Source: a virus
Taxonomy: Duplodnaviria > Heunggongvirae > Uroviricota > Caudoviricetes
DNA: 64,000 bases
Virus record (IMG/VR): IMGVR_UViG_3300049044_000033
Span: 350,796 to 414,795 of that record
Strand: one strand, 5' to 3'
Positions within the stretch are counted from its first letter, which is position 1. Each line of letters begins with the position of its first letter. Below, piece by piece: positions 9,112 through 18,556 of the stretch. A program made the translations under genes and the position numbers. Under the pieces are notes generated by a model. The model searched no databases, was not told the origin of the DNA, and saw only the letters and a program-made list of their open reading frames with translations.

Positions 9112-12090
9112 ATGACCAAGAAGATAGAAGTTGGCAAAGACTATTATGCTAATCTCAAAAACCAAAGAGCATCTGAGACTCCAACTACTGTTATTCGTCC
9201 AGTAGATGCTCAACCACAAGTAGCAGACATTAAGACCGTCGACACAAAGGCTAGTGAATCTACTAAGAAGACGGCTCCAAAGACTAACCTTGATGCCGAC
9301 TTCGTGAAGAGGCTGTATGAGGGAAAAGATGCTGAACTAGCGGCCTCGTCATCTGGTAAGAACTCCACTACCCCATCTACTTCTACCGCAGTTGTGGTCA
9401 AAGGTCAAGACCCAAAGAATGCTGAGAACCCCGATGGCTTCCTCAAAGGTTGGAAGCCAGAACCTAATATCATGTCCGAGCTCTTTCAGCCCACTTATCA
9501 CTTTTCGTTCTATCTAGATAGTGATATTACTTCCGAGGCTGATACTCAGAATGAGTTTGTGATAGCAGAAACTGGCTTAACTGGTATGAACATCCAGGAA
9601 GTCAACATCGATACTATGGTAGGTCCAAATGTTAGGACTCGTAACGCTATCACGACTAATATTGAGATCAAGATCTACGAACCACTAGGTGCAATGCTTC
9701 CCGACTTGCTCTTTCAAGCTGCGGTTAAGAAGCAAATCTACAATTATCTAAAAGCCCCTTGGTATTTGAAACTCAAGCTTCACGGTTATGATCACGTGGG
9801 TAATGTTGTGCCGGTGGGTGATGGATGGACTTGGAAATTATCTCTGATTGATATTCAGACTAAGATATCAGAAGATGGTTCCTATCATACTATTACGGCC
9901 CTACCACTAGCCGAGGTAGCTCTCAATAACCAGTATTGTATGTTACCAGATGGTAAGTCACTCGACGGTACAACTGTTGGCGAAGTGATGAAGAAGCTAG
10001 CTGAGACAATGAATGATGGGGTTAAGACAAAGTATGGTAATACCCACCCGCCATTTATTGAATATGTGATTGATGACAGAGAATACCCCTATGACACTAA
10101 GGTAGGTGTTACTAAGCCATTCGATCACAAGATTACCTCTTCGGTAGAAACCACTTCAAACCTCAGCAACGTTACCACATATGGCGTTCAGACCAGTCAG
10201 TATGGTGCTGGATCTGATATTCCCGGCTTGCTTGATAGTTTGATGGCTAGGTGTGAGACTGCGGTTAAGATGGCTCGTCTCAGTAGAGAATTGCCGCCTA
10301 GCTCAGGCATAGATGATGAAACTACTATTCGAGATGCTGCGAGTATCCTCCACCGCATTGAAACAAAAGTTGAATATGTTGGCTATGATGTGATCATGGG
10401 TGATTATTGTAAGAAGATCACCTACACGGTAAAGCCCTATAGTTCATTGCGCCTTTTGACCTCTATTGGTCGCGCTATGAATTTTGATAAGGAAAAGGAT
10501 CTCACTAAGAAAAAAGCTGTTCATGCAATCGAGAGGTCTTTCCTCCACAAGCAATATGATTATGTCTTTACTGGTCTCAATACCGAAGTTGAGAAGTTTG
10601 ACATCCAGACTAATTTCAGGTGGGCTGTCTCAGTTCCTCTCCTTCAAGGCTGGGCTGTTAACCAGACCAACACAGCTAAAGTGGATCCTACGGCACAAGC
10701 CAAGGCGCATACTGATCAGCTTGGGTACCATAATTCTACTTTGGCAGAAACCGATGCTAAGATTGCAGAAGCTGACAAAGAGATCAAAGCTGAAGGATTC
10801 GACCCTAACTCGGAACAAGGTAAGGCAACTCAGGCTAGAAGAGCTCAACTACAGGCTGCTCGAGACAAGCATTACAATGCTGTCCAGAGGCTCTCAAACG
10901 CGGTTGGTGCTGAACGAGATAAGATTAATAAGGTCAATCGAGACAAAGTTGATGCTGCGAGAAAGGCTTTGCCTACCGGTAGAACTATCGATGGCGAAGA
11001 CTTAGTTTACGAAAATGCCCGAGATGGCGGAGATGGCTACGCAGGTGCAGGTCGCGGAGGCAATAGCTTCCTACCTATTACTATCAACCAAGATGCTGAT
11101 CGTCCAGCAAGTGAAGCTGGTTACGGATCCTCTAACGATCCTAACTCGAATAAGAGTGTCTATGGTGCCTTGTTGAACCAGCTCTATGGTAGCTTTGACG
11201 GTAACCTCCAGAATCTAGAGCTTGATATCAAGGGAGATCCTTACTGGCTTGGCCCAGGTAGCAACGGTGAGATTTATGACACGCCGAGTTCTGGGGTAAC
11301 ACCTAACTTTACGAATGGTGAACATATCTTTGTCTTCCGATTTAAGCTTCCTATAGGTTATGATCATAGGACAGGTACAGTAGCGTTAAGCCAAGGTGCA
11401 AATGAGGGAAATAACAATCCCGGCGGTAGCAGCAATATCTTCACGGGTTTCTATGCCACTTCACAGGTGGTCCATCATTTCCGTGACGGTGCTTTCACTC
11501 AGACTTTGACAGGAACTCGAATTCAGGGCTGGGATTATGACCATATTCTGAATGGCAAGGAAAACATTGGTGACGACCTCAACTATTCTGATACTCAGAG
11601 TCCTGCTAGCCAGACACAATCGGGCGGATCAGGTAATCAAGGTTCGACTACTGCTATCCCAAGCAATATTGATGAACGAACCCTCTTGGCCTTAACCCTC
11701 TATGGTGAAGCTCGTGGCGAAGGTGCAAAAGGTATGCAGGCCGTGGGCAATGTTATTTCTAATCGCGTTCGAGATCCAAGATATCCTAATAGTGTTTCAG
11801 GTGTCATCATGCAGAAGCGTCAGTTCTCTGTTTGGGCAACTGACGATGTCACAAGAAGAGCAGGAGGAACTACTCCTGCTGCAATGAAATCTTCTATCAA
11901 TACTCCGGCTGAAAAACAACAGTTTGATACAGCTTATAAGATTGCTGGAGATGTATTGTCGGGTAGTTCTTCAGATATTACCCACGGTGCTACTTCTTAC
12001 TACAATCCCAGGGGTGCGGCTCCTTCATGGGGTAATAAGGGAACGACTACTGCTGTTATCGGTAACCACAAATTTGTTAAGGGTGTATAA
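9112..12090 (+). CDS. baseplate hub protein with C-terminal SleB/Hydrolase_2 cell-wall hydrolase
   Basis: IKGDPYWL hub motif; C-terminal LALTLYGEARGEG...AVGNVISNR...QFSVW...GATSYYNP...IGNHKF. Confidence 0.8.
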   Translation: MTKKIEVGKDYYANLKNQRASETPTTVIRPVDAQPQVADIKTVDTKASESTKKTAPKTNLDADFVKRLYEGKDAELAASSSGKNSTTPSTSTAVVVKGQDPKNAENPDGFLKGWKPEPNIMSELFQPTYHFSFYLDSDITSEADTQNEFVIAETGLTGMNIQEVNIDTMVGPNVRTRNAITTNIEIKIYEPLGAMLPDLLFQAAVKKQIYNYLKAPWYLKLKLHGYDHVGNVVPVGDGWTWKLSLIDIQTKISEDGSYHTITALPLAEVALNNQYCMLPDGKSLDGTTVGEVMKKLAETMNDGVKTKYGNTHPPFIEYVIDDREYPYDTKVGVTKPFDHKITSSVETTSNLSNVTTYGVQTSQYGAGSDIPGLLDSLMARCETAVKMARLSRELPPSSGIDDETTIRDAASILHRIETKVEYVGYDVIMGDYCKKITYTVKPYSSLRLLTSIGRAMNFDKEKDLTKKKAVHAIERSFLHKQYDYVFTGLNTEVEKFDIQTNFRWAVSVPLLQGWAVNQTNTAKVDPTAQAKAHTDQLGYHNSTLAETDAKIAEADKEIKAEGFDPNSEQGKATQARRAQLQAARDKHYNAVQRLSNAVGAERDKINKVNRDKVDAARKALPTGRTIDGEDLVYENARDGGDGYAGAGRGGNSFLPITINQDADRPASEAGYGSSNDPNSNKSVYGALLNQLYGSFDGNLQNLELDIKGDPYWLGPGSNGEIYDTPSSGVTPNFTNGEHIFVFRFKLPIGYDHRTGTVALSQGANEGNNNPGGSSNIFTGFYATSQVVHHFRDGAFTQTLTGTRIQGWDYDHILNGKENIGDDLNYSDTQSPASQTQSGGSGNQGSTTAIPSNIDERTLLALTLYGEARGEGAKGMQAVGNVISNRVRDPRYPNSVSGVIMQKRQFSVWATDDVTRRAGGTTPAAMKSSINTPAEKQQFDTAYKIAGDVLSGSSSDITHGATSYYNPRGAAPSWGNKGTTTAVIGNHKFVKGV

Positions 12091-12092
12091 AG

Positions 12093-13946
12093 ATGGCTAA
12101 TCAAGGTTTTAGGCGCTCAACAAGAACCCCGCCTGGGTATAGCCATACACCTGGCGGTCGTATGGCTACGTTCAATCAGGTTTATCTCGGCTATGTGAAG
12201 CACAATGACGACGCCTTCAAGATGGGTCGTCTCAAGGTATGGGTCCCTGAGCTTTCGTCAGATGAAAATGACGAATCACAGTGGTTTACCGTTCAGTATT
12301 GTAGCCCAATGGCCGGTGCAACTTCAGTTAGAGATAACGTCAAGGAAGGTAAAAATCTCACAGACACACAGAGGTCTTATGGTTGGTGGTCAGTTGTCCC
12401 CGACTTAGAGAATGAGATTGTGGTTATGTTCCTTAATGGCGACCCTAACCGCGGCATCTATATCGGTGGTCTCTATCAGCAGTTTATGAACCACATGGTT
12501 CCTGGTATCCCTAGTAACTCTTCTTACCAAGAAGGCAATGAGGGCCAAGATCCTCCAGTGGCAGAATATAACCGTTGGGATCCAAATGTCTCCAATTCTG
12601 ACAACCACACTAGAGCGCGCTACGATCCCCTACACGAGGCGCTAGTCAATCAGGGTCTCTACAGTGATCCCCAGCGCGGACCATCTACTGCTGGCGCTCG
12701 TAGGGCAGGTGTGAGTAAAGTATATGGTTTTCTCAGTCCTAGTGGCTCCCAATTTGTTTTCGATGATTCTGAAGAGAATAGTTATATCAGGATCCGAACC
12801 GCTACTGGTGCCCAAGTCCTTATAAATGACTCTGCGGGTTACGTTTACGTAAACAGCGGCAACGGAAATTCATGGCTTGAAGTTAGCGATGACGGTGTTG
12901 ATGTCTACAGTGCAAAGCCCATTTCACTGAGGAGTCAGGGTGACTTCAATATCCACTCCGACGCATCTATCAATATGTATGCTAAGAAGTCAATTAACCT
13001 CTTTAGCAGCGGCTCAGGTACGATGCAGTTTGGTAAAAGCCTAGATACCATCGTGGGTTCCACGATGAATACCAAGGTCACTGGTGATATCAACCTAGTA
13101 GGTAGTGGAGCTCTAAACCAAAAGATCACTGGCGACTTTGGTCTTAAGGTTAATGGTAAAGGTGCCCTAGAGGTCAAAGGAACTCTAGGAATGGGAGCCA
13201 GTGGAGACATCATCATGAAGGCTCCACAAATCCAGCAGAATGCAGCCACTCCAGATAAACCAGGCAAAACTGCTGATGCTAAAGGCCCAGAACTATCAGG
13301 GGTCGAAGACCGTGAACTTAATGCGGGTTCGAATTATGAGGAAATCTCAACCAACTCTATAGTGAGTCGACTCCCCACACATGAGCCATGGTCAGGTCAT
13401 CCTAGTGGAAAGTCTGAGGCAGCTAGAGCAAGAGTTGACCTTAATGTCAGCTCACGTAGCCAAGTGGACGGAAATGGCAGTTCGTCAAGTGACTCGGGTG
13501 ATATCCAGCCGGGTGAGGAAGAAATTATCCCAACTGATAATGCTACCTTTGTTGCTCCGGCTACTGGTCCGATTACTTCGCTCTACGGTCCACGAGGTAA
13601 TCGTATCCATAAGGGCGTAGACATTGGTATTCCAATCGGCACTAACGTGGTAGCAATGAGGGATGGTACAGTAACAAAGGCCGGTCGAGGCACAGGTTAC
13701 GGTAACGTCATCTATATCAAACACGATGATGGCTACGAAACCCGTTATGCTCACTTGAATAGTTTTAATGTGAGAGCAGGAACAAAGGTAAAGCAAGGCC
13801 AAGTTATTGCAAAATCAGGAAACACTGGTGTAGGTACAGGTCCTCACCTTCACTTTGAAATCCGCAAAGGTGGACAGGCTCTTAACCCAAATAGCAAGTT
13901 GAAGAATATTAGGAAGGGCGTCCGATTAACAGCGGGTAAGAACTAA
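12093..13946 (+). CDS. gp5-like baseplate central spike with C-terminal M23 peptidase
   Basis: N-terminal OB fold GRLKVWVPEL...SYGWW..PD, beta-helix repeats, PTHEPW; C-terminal HKGVD...YAHL...GPHLHFE. Confidence 0.85.
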   Translation: MANQGFRRSTRTPPGYSHTPGGRMATFNQVYLGYVKHNDDAFKMGRLKVWVPELSSDENDESQWFTVQYCSPMAGATSVRDNVKEGKNLTDTQRSYGWWSVVPDLENEIVVMFLNGDPNRGIYIGGLYQQFMNHMVPGIPSNSSYQEGNEGQDPPVAEYNRWDPNVSNSDNHTRARYDPLHEALVNQGLYSDPQRGPSTAGARRAGVSKVYGFLSPSGSQFVFDDSEENSYIRIRTATGAQVLINDSAGYVYVNSGNGNSWLEVSDDGVDVYSAKPISLRSQGDFNIHSDASINMYAKKSINLFSSGSGTMQFGKSLDTIVGSTMNTKVTGDINLVGSGALNQKITGDFGLKVNGKGALEVKGTLGMGASGDIIMKAPQIQQNAATPDKPGKTADAKGPELSGVEDRELNAGSNYEEISTNSIVSRLPTHEPWSGHPSGKSEAARARVDLNVSSRSQVDGNGSSSSDSGDIQPGEEEIIPTDNATFVAPATGPITSLYGPRGNRIHKGVDIGIPIGTNVVAMRDGTVTKAGRGTGYGNVIYIKHDDGYETRYAHLNSFNVRAGTKVKQGQVIAKSGNTGVGTGPHLHFEIRKGGQALNPNSKLKNIRKGVRLTAGKN

Positions 13947-13949
13947 TAG

Positions 13950-13973
13950 GAAAGGGGGCCTAGGCCCCCTTTC
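13950..13973. terminator. bidirectional intrinsic terminator
   Basis: Palindrome GAAAGGGGGCCTAGGCCCCCTTTC between convergent genes. Confidence 0.8.
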
Positions 13974-13974
13974 A

Positions 13975-14577
13975 TCACTTGTTAGGAATACCCTTGATTG
14001 GGGTCATTCCACGAGCTTCTCGAACCATATTGATAAACATGGCTCCTTGCTCAATTGCATCGTCAATCGCCACATGGGTATGTGGGAGATCGTCGAACCA
14101 ATGCTTTGGCATACTGCGCTTGCTACAACTCTGGAAGTGCTTTCCCATTAGAGCCCATGCGTAACTCTTCACGTCTACACAACGCGAGAAGCTGAATGGG
14201 TTATCCCCTAGGAACTTCACAGTATAATAGTCAATCCACTTGAAATCATAGGCTGCTGGATAACCAACAAAAATCGGTTTACCAGGTAGAGTATCTAACC
14301 ATACCTTGTATTCGGTCATAGCAGTCAAGGGATCACGGACATTAACCCGAGTCTTCTTATACTCTTCTGGAAAATCATTCCAGAATTCAGTAGTAGAAGG
14401 ATGCGGTTCAGCACCTTCAAGTAATTCGAGGTTTGCCTCGAACGTTCCTATAAGGTTCTTCTCAATGTCAAACGCGGCTGTGGCAAAGCTGAGCATACTC
14501 GAGAGACCTGGGCACTTGCCGTCAGCCTCAATATCAGTCATACAATAGATTTCGGGTTTACCGCTCATAATGCTCAC
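13975..14577 (-). CDS. DEDD-family 3'-5' exo(ribo)nuclease
   Basis: DIEADG, YDF, HTHVAIDDA motifs. Confidence 0.85.
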   Translation of the reverse strand: MSIMSGKPEIYCMTDIEADGKCPGLSSMLSFATAAFDIEKNLIGTFEANLELLEGAEPHPSTTEFWNDFPEEYKKTRVNVRDPLTAMTEYKVWLDTLPGKPIFVGYPAAYDFKWIDYYTVKFLGDNPFSFSRCVDVKSYAWALMGKHFQSCSKRSMPKHWFDDLPHTHVAIDDAIEQGAMFINMVREARGMTPIKGIPNK

Positions 14578-14605
14578 CTAAGAAAAGAGCCGGCTTTTGA
14601 CCGGC

Positions 14606-14857
14606 TTATGCTTCCTTATCGGATCGCTTTGCTTCTCGAGCTAATGCTCGTCGAGCAGCAATAACCTCCTCTGGATCAGTAACCCACTTTGGGTTCTGTT
14701 CATCGGGGCTCTTGAGTTTAGGAACATCTAGCTTGCGACCCTTACCTCGTGATCCCTTTATGATCACTGGATGGGTTTCAACCTTTTCAATGCTCTCGAA
14801 TTTCTCGCGATCCGCCTTGGCTTTCGCCTTTGGATCGCCATTATCTGGCTTTTCCAT
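14606..14857 (-). CDS. small charged hypothetical protein
   Basis: 83-aa ORF filling the gap, with a TTGACA upstream on the minus strand. Confidence 0.6.
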   Translation of the reverse strand: MEKPDNGDPKAKAKADREKFESIEKVETHPVIIKGSRGKGRKLDVPKLKSPDEQNPKWVTDPEEVIAARRALAREAKRSDKEA

Positions 14858-14929
14858 TTATCCAATGTATAACAGGTTAAACCCGGATGTCAAGAAAGAG
14901 TAATCCATTATATGCTTGGTTTATACACC

Positions 14930-14937
14930 TATAAATA
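14930..14937 (+). promoter_or_regulatory. T4-type late promoter TATAAATA
   Basis: Exact T4 late consensus 20 nt upstream of the gp25 start. Confidence 0.75.
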
Positions 14938-14957
14938 TGCTTATATTGGAGGTAAGC

Positions 14958-15338
14958 ATGGCACGTAGACTGGTTATCGGTTTTAGCACCCAAGAGATGC
15001 AAGGCAAACGTGGATGGACTGTCTATGATATTGACCTTATCAAGCGTGACCTCCTGAATCATTTTCACACCCGCAAGGGTGAGCGTGTAATGCTTCCTAC
15101 TTACGGAACCATAATCTGGGACAAGCTCTTCGACCCATTTACTGAAATGGTAAAGCAAGAGATTGTTGACGATGTAATCAGGATTGTGAGAACTGATACT
15201 CGCGTTTCCTTGAAAGCCGTAGATGTAAGCGTTTCTGACCACGGAATTAAGGTGGCCATTGAACTAAAGTATGAGCCTTGGGATGCAATTGGCACCTTTG
15301 CTCTCGAGTTTGATCGCCGTTCTCTTGAGAGGATTTAA
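14958..15338 (+). CDS. gp25: baseplate wedge subunit gp25-like
   Basis: LLNHFHTRKGERVMLPTYGT..W..LFDP; GGAGG RBS before ATG 14958. Confidence 0.9.
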   Translation: MARRLVIGFSTQEMQGKRGWTVYDIDLIKRDLLNHFHTRKGERVMLPTYGTIIWDKLFDPFTEMVKQEIVDDVIRIVRTDTRVSLKAVDVSVSDHGIKVAIELKYEPWDAIGTFALEFDRRSLERI

Positions 15339-15340
15339 GA

Positions 15341-18300
15341 ATGTCGCAATCCCAGCGCCAGAGTGAGTTGTTTGCAGGTAATGACTGGTTGGCAGTCTAT
15401 CGTGCGTTTACTGAGGTAAACCTAAACGCCTTTGACTTCAACTCTATCCGCCAGTCAATGGTGGATTATATCCGCCTCAACTATGCTGAAGATTTCAACG
15501 ACTGGATTGAATCTTCGGAATTCGTTGCTCTTATTGACCTTCTGGCTTATCTGGGCCAAAGCTTGGCCTTTAGAACTGACATCAATGCTCGAGAAAACTT
15601 CATCGATGTTGCTCGTCGTCGTGAATCGATTCTGCGTCTTGCTCGTTCGCTTTCATATAACGCGAAGCGAAACTACCCGGCTCGCGGCCTAGCTAAGATC
15701 ACTGAAATTCGAACCACACATGATGTTTACGATTCAACCGGCAAGAACCTCAATAACATTTCGATCAAGTGGGATGATGCAAACAATCCTGATTGGTTTG
15801 AACAGTGGGTTTTAGTCCTTAATGCTTCTCTGATTGAAACTAACCCATTCGGTAGTGCGCTTAAATCTGAAAGCATTGGCGGAGTTGAGACTCAGTTGTA
15901 TAGGGTTGATAACCTACAGAATACTCCTGGAAACTTTCCGTTCACCACAAACGTAAACAACCGCTCATACTCCTTTGATGTAGTGAACGCAGACTTCAAC
16001 ACATCGTTTGGTTTTGTGGAACAGACTCCTAATCCTAATTCTAGCTTTCACTTAATCTATAGGTCAGATGGTAACGGCAACAGTTCTCCTGAAACTGGCT
16101 TCTTTGTTTACTTTAAGCAGGGAACCCTACAAAGGACTGATTACTCGATCAGTGAACCTCAAGAAAACCGCACTATCTACCTAGATACTGATAATGTGAA
16201 CGAAACTGACGTATGGGTTCAGAGCGTAGATGACTTGGGATCTATTTTGCCAAACGGTGAATGGACGCGAGTTGGTCACGTTCCTAGTGACGAACTAGTG
16301 AAGGTATTCCTCACAACTGAGAACATTACCTATAACAGTGTTGATGCTGACGTTCAGAACATCTACCAGGTAATCACACAGGAATCTGACAAGATTGCTC
16401 TAAGGTTCGGTGACGGTCGCTTTGGTATGTCACCAGTGGGCAACTTGCGCGTTTGGTATCGTGTATCGGCTAATGAGAATTTGAATGTTCGTCCGGAAGA
16501 TATCCAGGGCGTTAACATTGATATTCCATTCTATACCCGCAACAATACTCAGAAGCGTCTCAGCTTGACCTTTAGTCTACAGGAAGCTGTAAACAACGGC
16601 ATTGCTACTGAGACGTCAGCTGAGATTCGTCGCCGTGCTTCGAGGGTTTATTCGACCCAAGGTAGAATGGTTAGTGGCGCTGACTATAATGAGCTTCCAA
16701 TTCAGACTAACTTGGCTGTTAAGCTAAAGGCAGTGAATCGCGTTTACTCTGGTCAGTCACGTTATCTAGACCTTAATGACCCAACGGGCAACTACCAGAA
16801 CACTCACGTATTTGCAGACGATGGTGCATTCTATCTGCTACCGTCAAATGAGAGTATAGAAATTTCCCACACGGTCGCAAGTGTTGATGAAATGATGACC
16901 AATTACATCCAGGATGTAATCAGCGGTATCTCGCTGAAGGACTTCTATCACAATTACCTATATGAGAAGCTACCAAGCACGGACCTAATAGGAATTACTA
17001 GCTACTTTTCGAATGATTATTTGAAGAAGAGCGAAGTTGCTCGTCAGATCAAGGAAAACCTTGAACTAAATCGAACCTTTGCTCTAGGCTTTGATAACAT
17101 AACCTCCGGTGACGGTTGGTATGTTCTTACATCAAGTGAAATTAATCCAGACCTTACAGCTGATTACCAATTTGTTGACTCGATCAATCCGGGTCCAAAC
17201 AGTTGGTTAGTCCACTTGGAATATACCAGTAACTTCTGGCGTATCACTGCTCGAGGCTTGTCATACGTCTTTGAAAGCAAGGAAGATTGTAAGTTCTTTT
17301 TCGCATCTGAATATAGGTCTATTGACCCTCAGACTGGTAAAGCAGGCTCGGATACTATTGGCCTACTGAGGAAGCCTAACAACTTCAACGGTGTTAGGAT
17401 CTATAATTCGACGGGCGACAAGACAACAAATAATTTCCTAAATCCCTTATCACATGACCTCATGTTCAAGCTAGAAGGTATGTTCACTTATCCAGATGGC
17501 TTTAATGAACCATCTAGGGTTAAGGTACGATTCAACGATAGCAACAGTGATGGCATTGCAGATGTTCCATATTCCTACAAACTGTTGAAGAACTTGGATC
17601 CAACGATGAATACGATTGTTCATCTGGATACCTTCAGCACTGATGGTTATCCGATTCAGAAGCTAGTAAAGCGTTTGGAAAAGGCTTCTAATGGTTCGAT
17701 CATAACCCCTCTACAACCGGGTGAGTTTGGCTATTTGGAAGACAACAGCCATAATGTAAAAATTTATATGGGCAATAGCGTAAACATTCGTCCTACGGAG
17801 ACAGATGTTTGTCGTAATCCAACTACGCTTGCTCCGGCAGTTCTAAGTCGTAGCCAAAACTCACAGAGGGTTCTATACCCTTCTAGTGCGCCAACTGGTT
17901 CGGCATATTTTACTGTTCGTGAAGGCGTAAATGATTTGATCTTCCAGTGGAAGCACTTTGCTCCATCGAGTCATCGAATTGATCCAGCTATCAGCAACAT
18001 CATTGATATCTTTGTCCTCACACGAGAATATAATGATGCAATGATTTCATGGCGCAATGCCGGTGCTGATCCGCTTTCGCAGCCGAAGAGCCCAAGTGAA
18101 CTCTCTTTGAGGACAACTTTTAGTCCTCTCGAAGAATTTAAGATGTTCAGTGATGAGATCATTTGGCGCCCAGTTAAGTTTAAGCTGCTTTTCGGTCAGA
18201 GTGCTGATCCATCACTCCAGGCAAAGTTCAAGATTGTTAAGCTAAATGGTACAAGTATGAGTGATGGTGAGATCAAGAGTCGAGTCATCGAGGCTATGAG

Positions 18301-18556
18301 AACGTACTTTGACTTTGATGTAAATAGCTGGGACTTTGGTGAGACTTTCTTCTTCTCTGAACTAGGTGGTTATATTCATAGGCAGTTGAGCACCGCTATT
18401 TCGAGTATTGAAATTGTCCCAGTGTTAAATGATAGTTACTTTGGTAATTTGCGTGAAATCCGTTGCGCACCTGATGAATTGTTCTTCGTAACAGCCCAGG
18501 TCAGCGATATTGATATCATCACAGCAAATACTCCAACAAACCTCAGGATCAGGTAA
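15341..18556 (+). CDS. gp6: baseplate wedge subunit gp6-like
   Basis: FDFNSIR, ENFIDVARRRESILRLAR, FGDGRFG, MVSGADY motifs. Confidence 0.85.
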   Translation: MSQSQRQSELFAGNDWLAVYRAFTEVNLNAFDFNSIRQSMVDYIRLNYAEDFNDWIESSEFVALIDLLAYLGQSLAFRTDINARENFIDVARRRESILRLARSLSYNAKRNYPARGLAKITEIRTTHDVYDSTGKNLNNISIKWDDANNPDWFEQWVLVLNASLIETNPFGSALKSESIGGVETQLYRVDNLQNTPGNFPFTTNVNNRSYSFDVVNADFNTSFGFVEQTPNPNSSFHLIYRSDGNGNSSPETGFFVYFKQGTLQRTDYSISEPQENRTIYLDTDNVNETDVWVQSVDDLGSILPNGEWTRVGHVPSDELVKVFLTTENITYNSVDADVQNIYQVITQESDKIALRFGDGRFGMSPVGNLRVWYRVSANENLNVRPEDIQGVNIDIPFYTRNNTQKRLSLTFSLQEAVNNGIATETSAEIRRRASRVYSTQGRMVSGADYNELPIQTNLAVKLKAVNRVYSGQSRYLDLNDPTGNYQNTHVFADDGAFYLLPSNESIEISHTVASVDEMMTNYIQDVISGISLKDFYHNYLYEKLPSTDLIGITSYFSNDYLKKSEVARQIKENLELNRTFALGFDNITSGDGWYVLTSSEINPDLTADYQFVDSINPGPNSWLVHLEYTSNFWRITARGLSYVFESKEDCKFFFASEYRSIDPQTGKAGSDTIGLLRKPNNFNGVRIYNSTGDKTTNNFLNPLSHDLMFKLEGMFTYPDGFNEPSRVKVRFNDSNSDGIADVPYSYKLLKNLDPTMNTIVHLDTFSTDGYPIQKLVKRLEKASNGSIITPLQPGEFGYLEDNSHNVKIYMGNSVNIRPTETDVCRNPTTLAPAVLSRSQNSQRVLYPSSAPTGSAYFTVREGVNDLIFQWKHFAPSSHRIDPAISNIIDIFVLTREYNDAMISWRNAGADPLSQPKSPSELSLRTTFSPLEEFKMFSDEIIWRPVKFKLLFGQSADPSLQAKFKIVKLNGTSMSDGEIKSRVIEAMRTYFDFDVNSWDFGETFFFSELGGYIHRQLSTAISSIEIVPVLNDSYFGNLREIRCAPDELFFVTAQVSDIDIITANTPTNLRIR

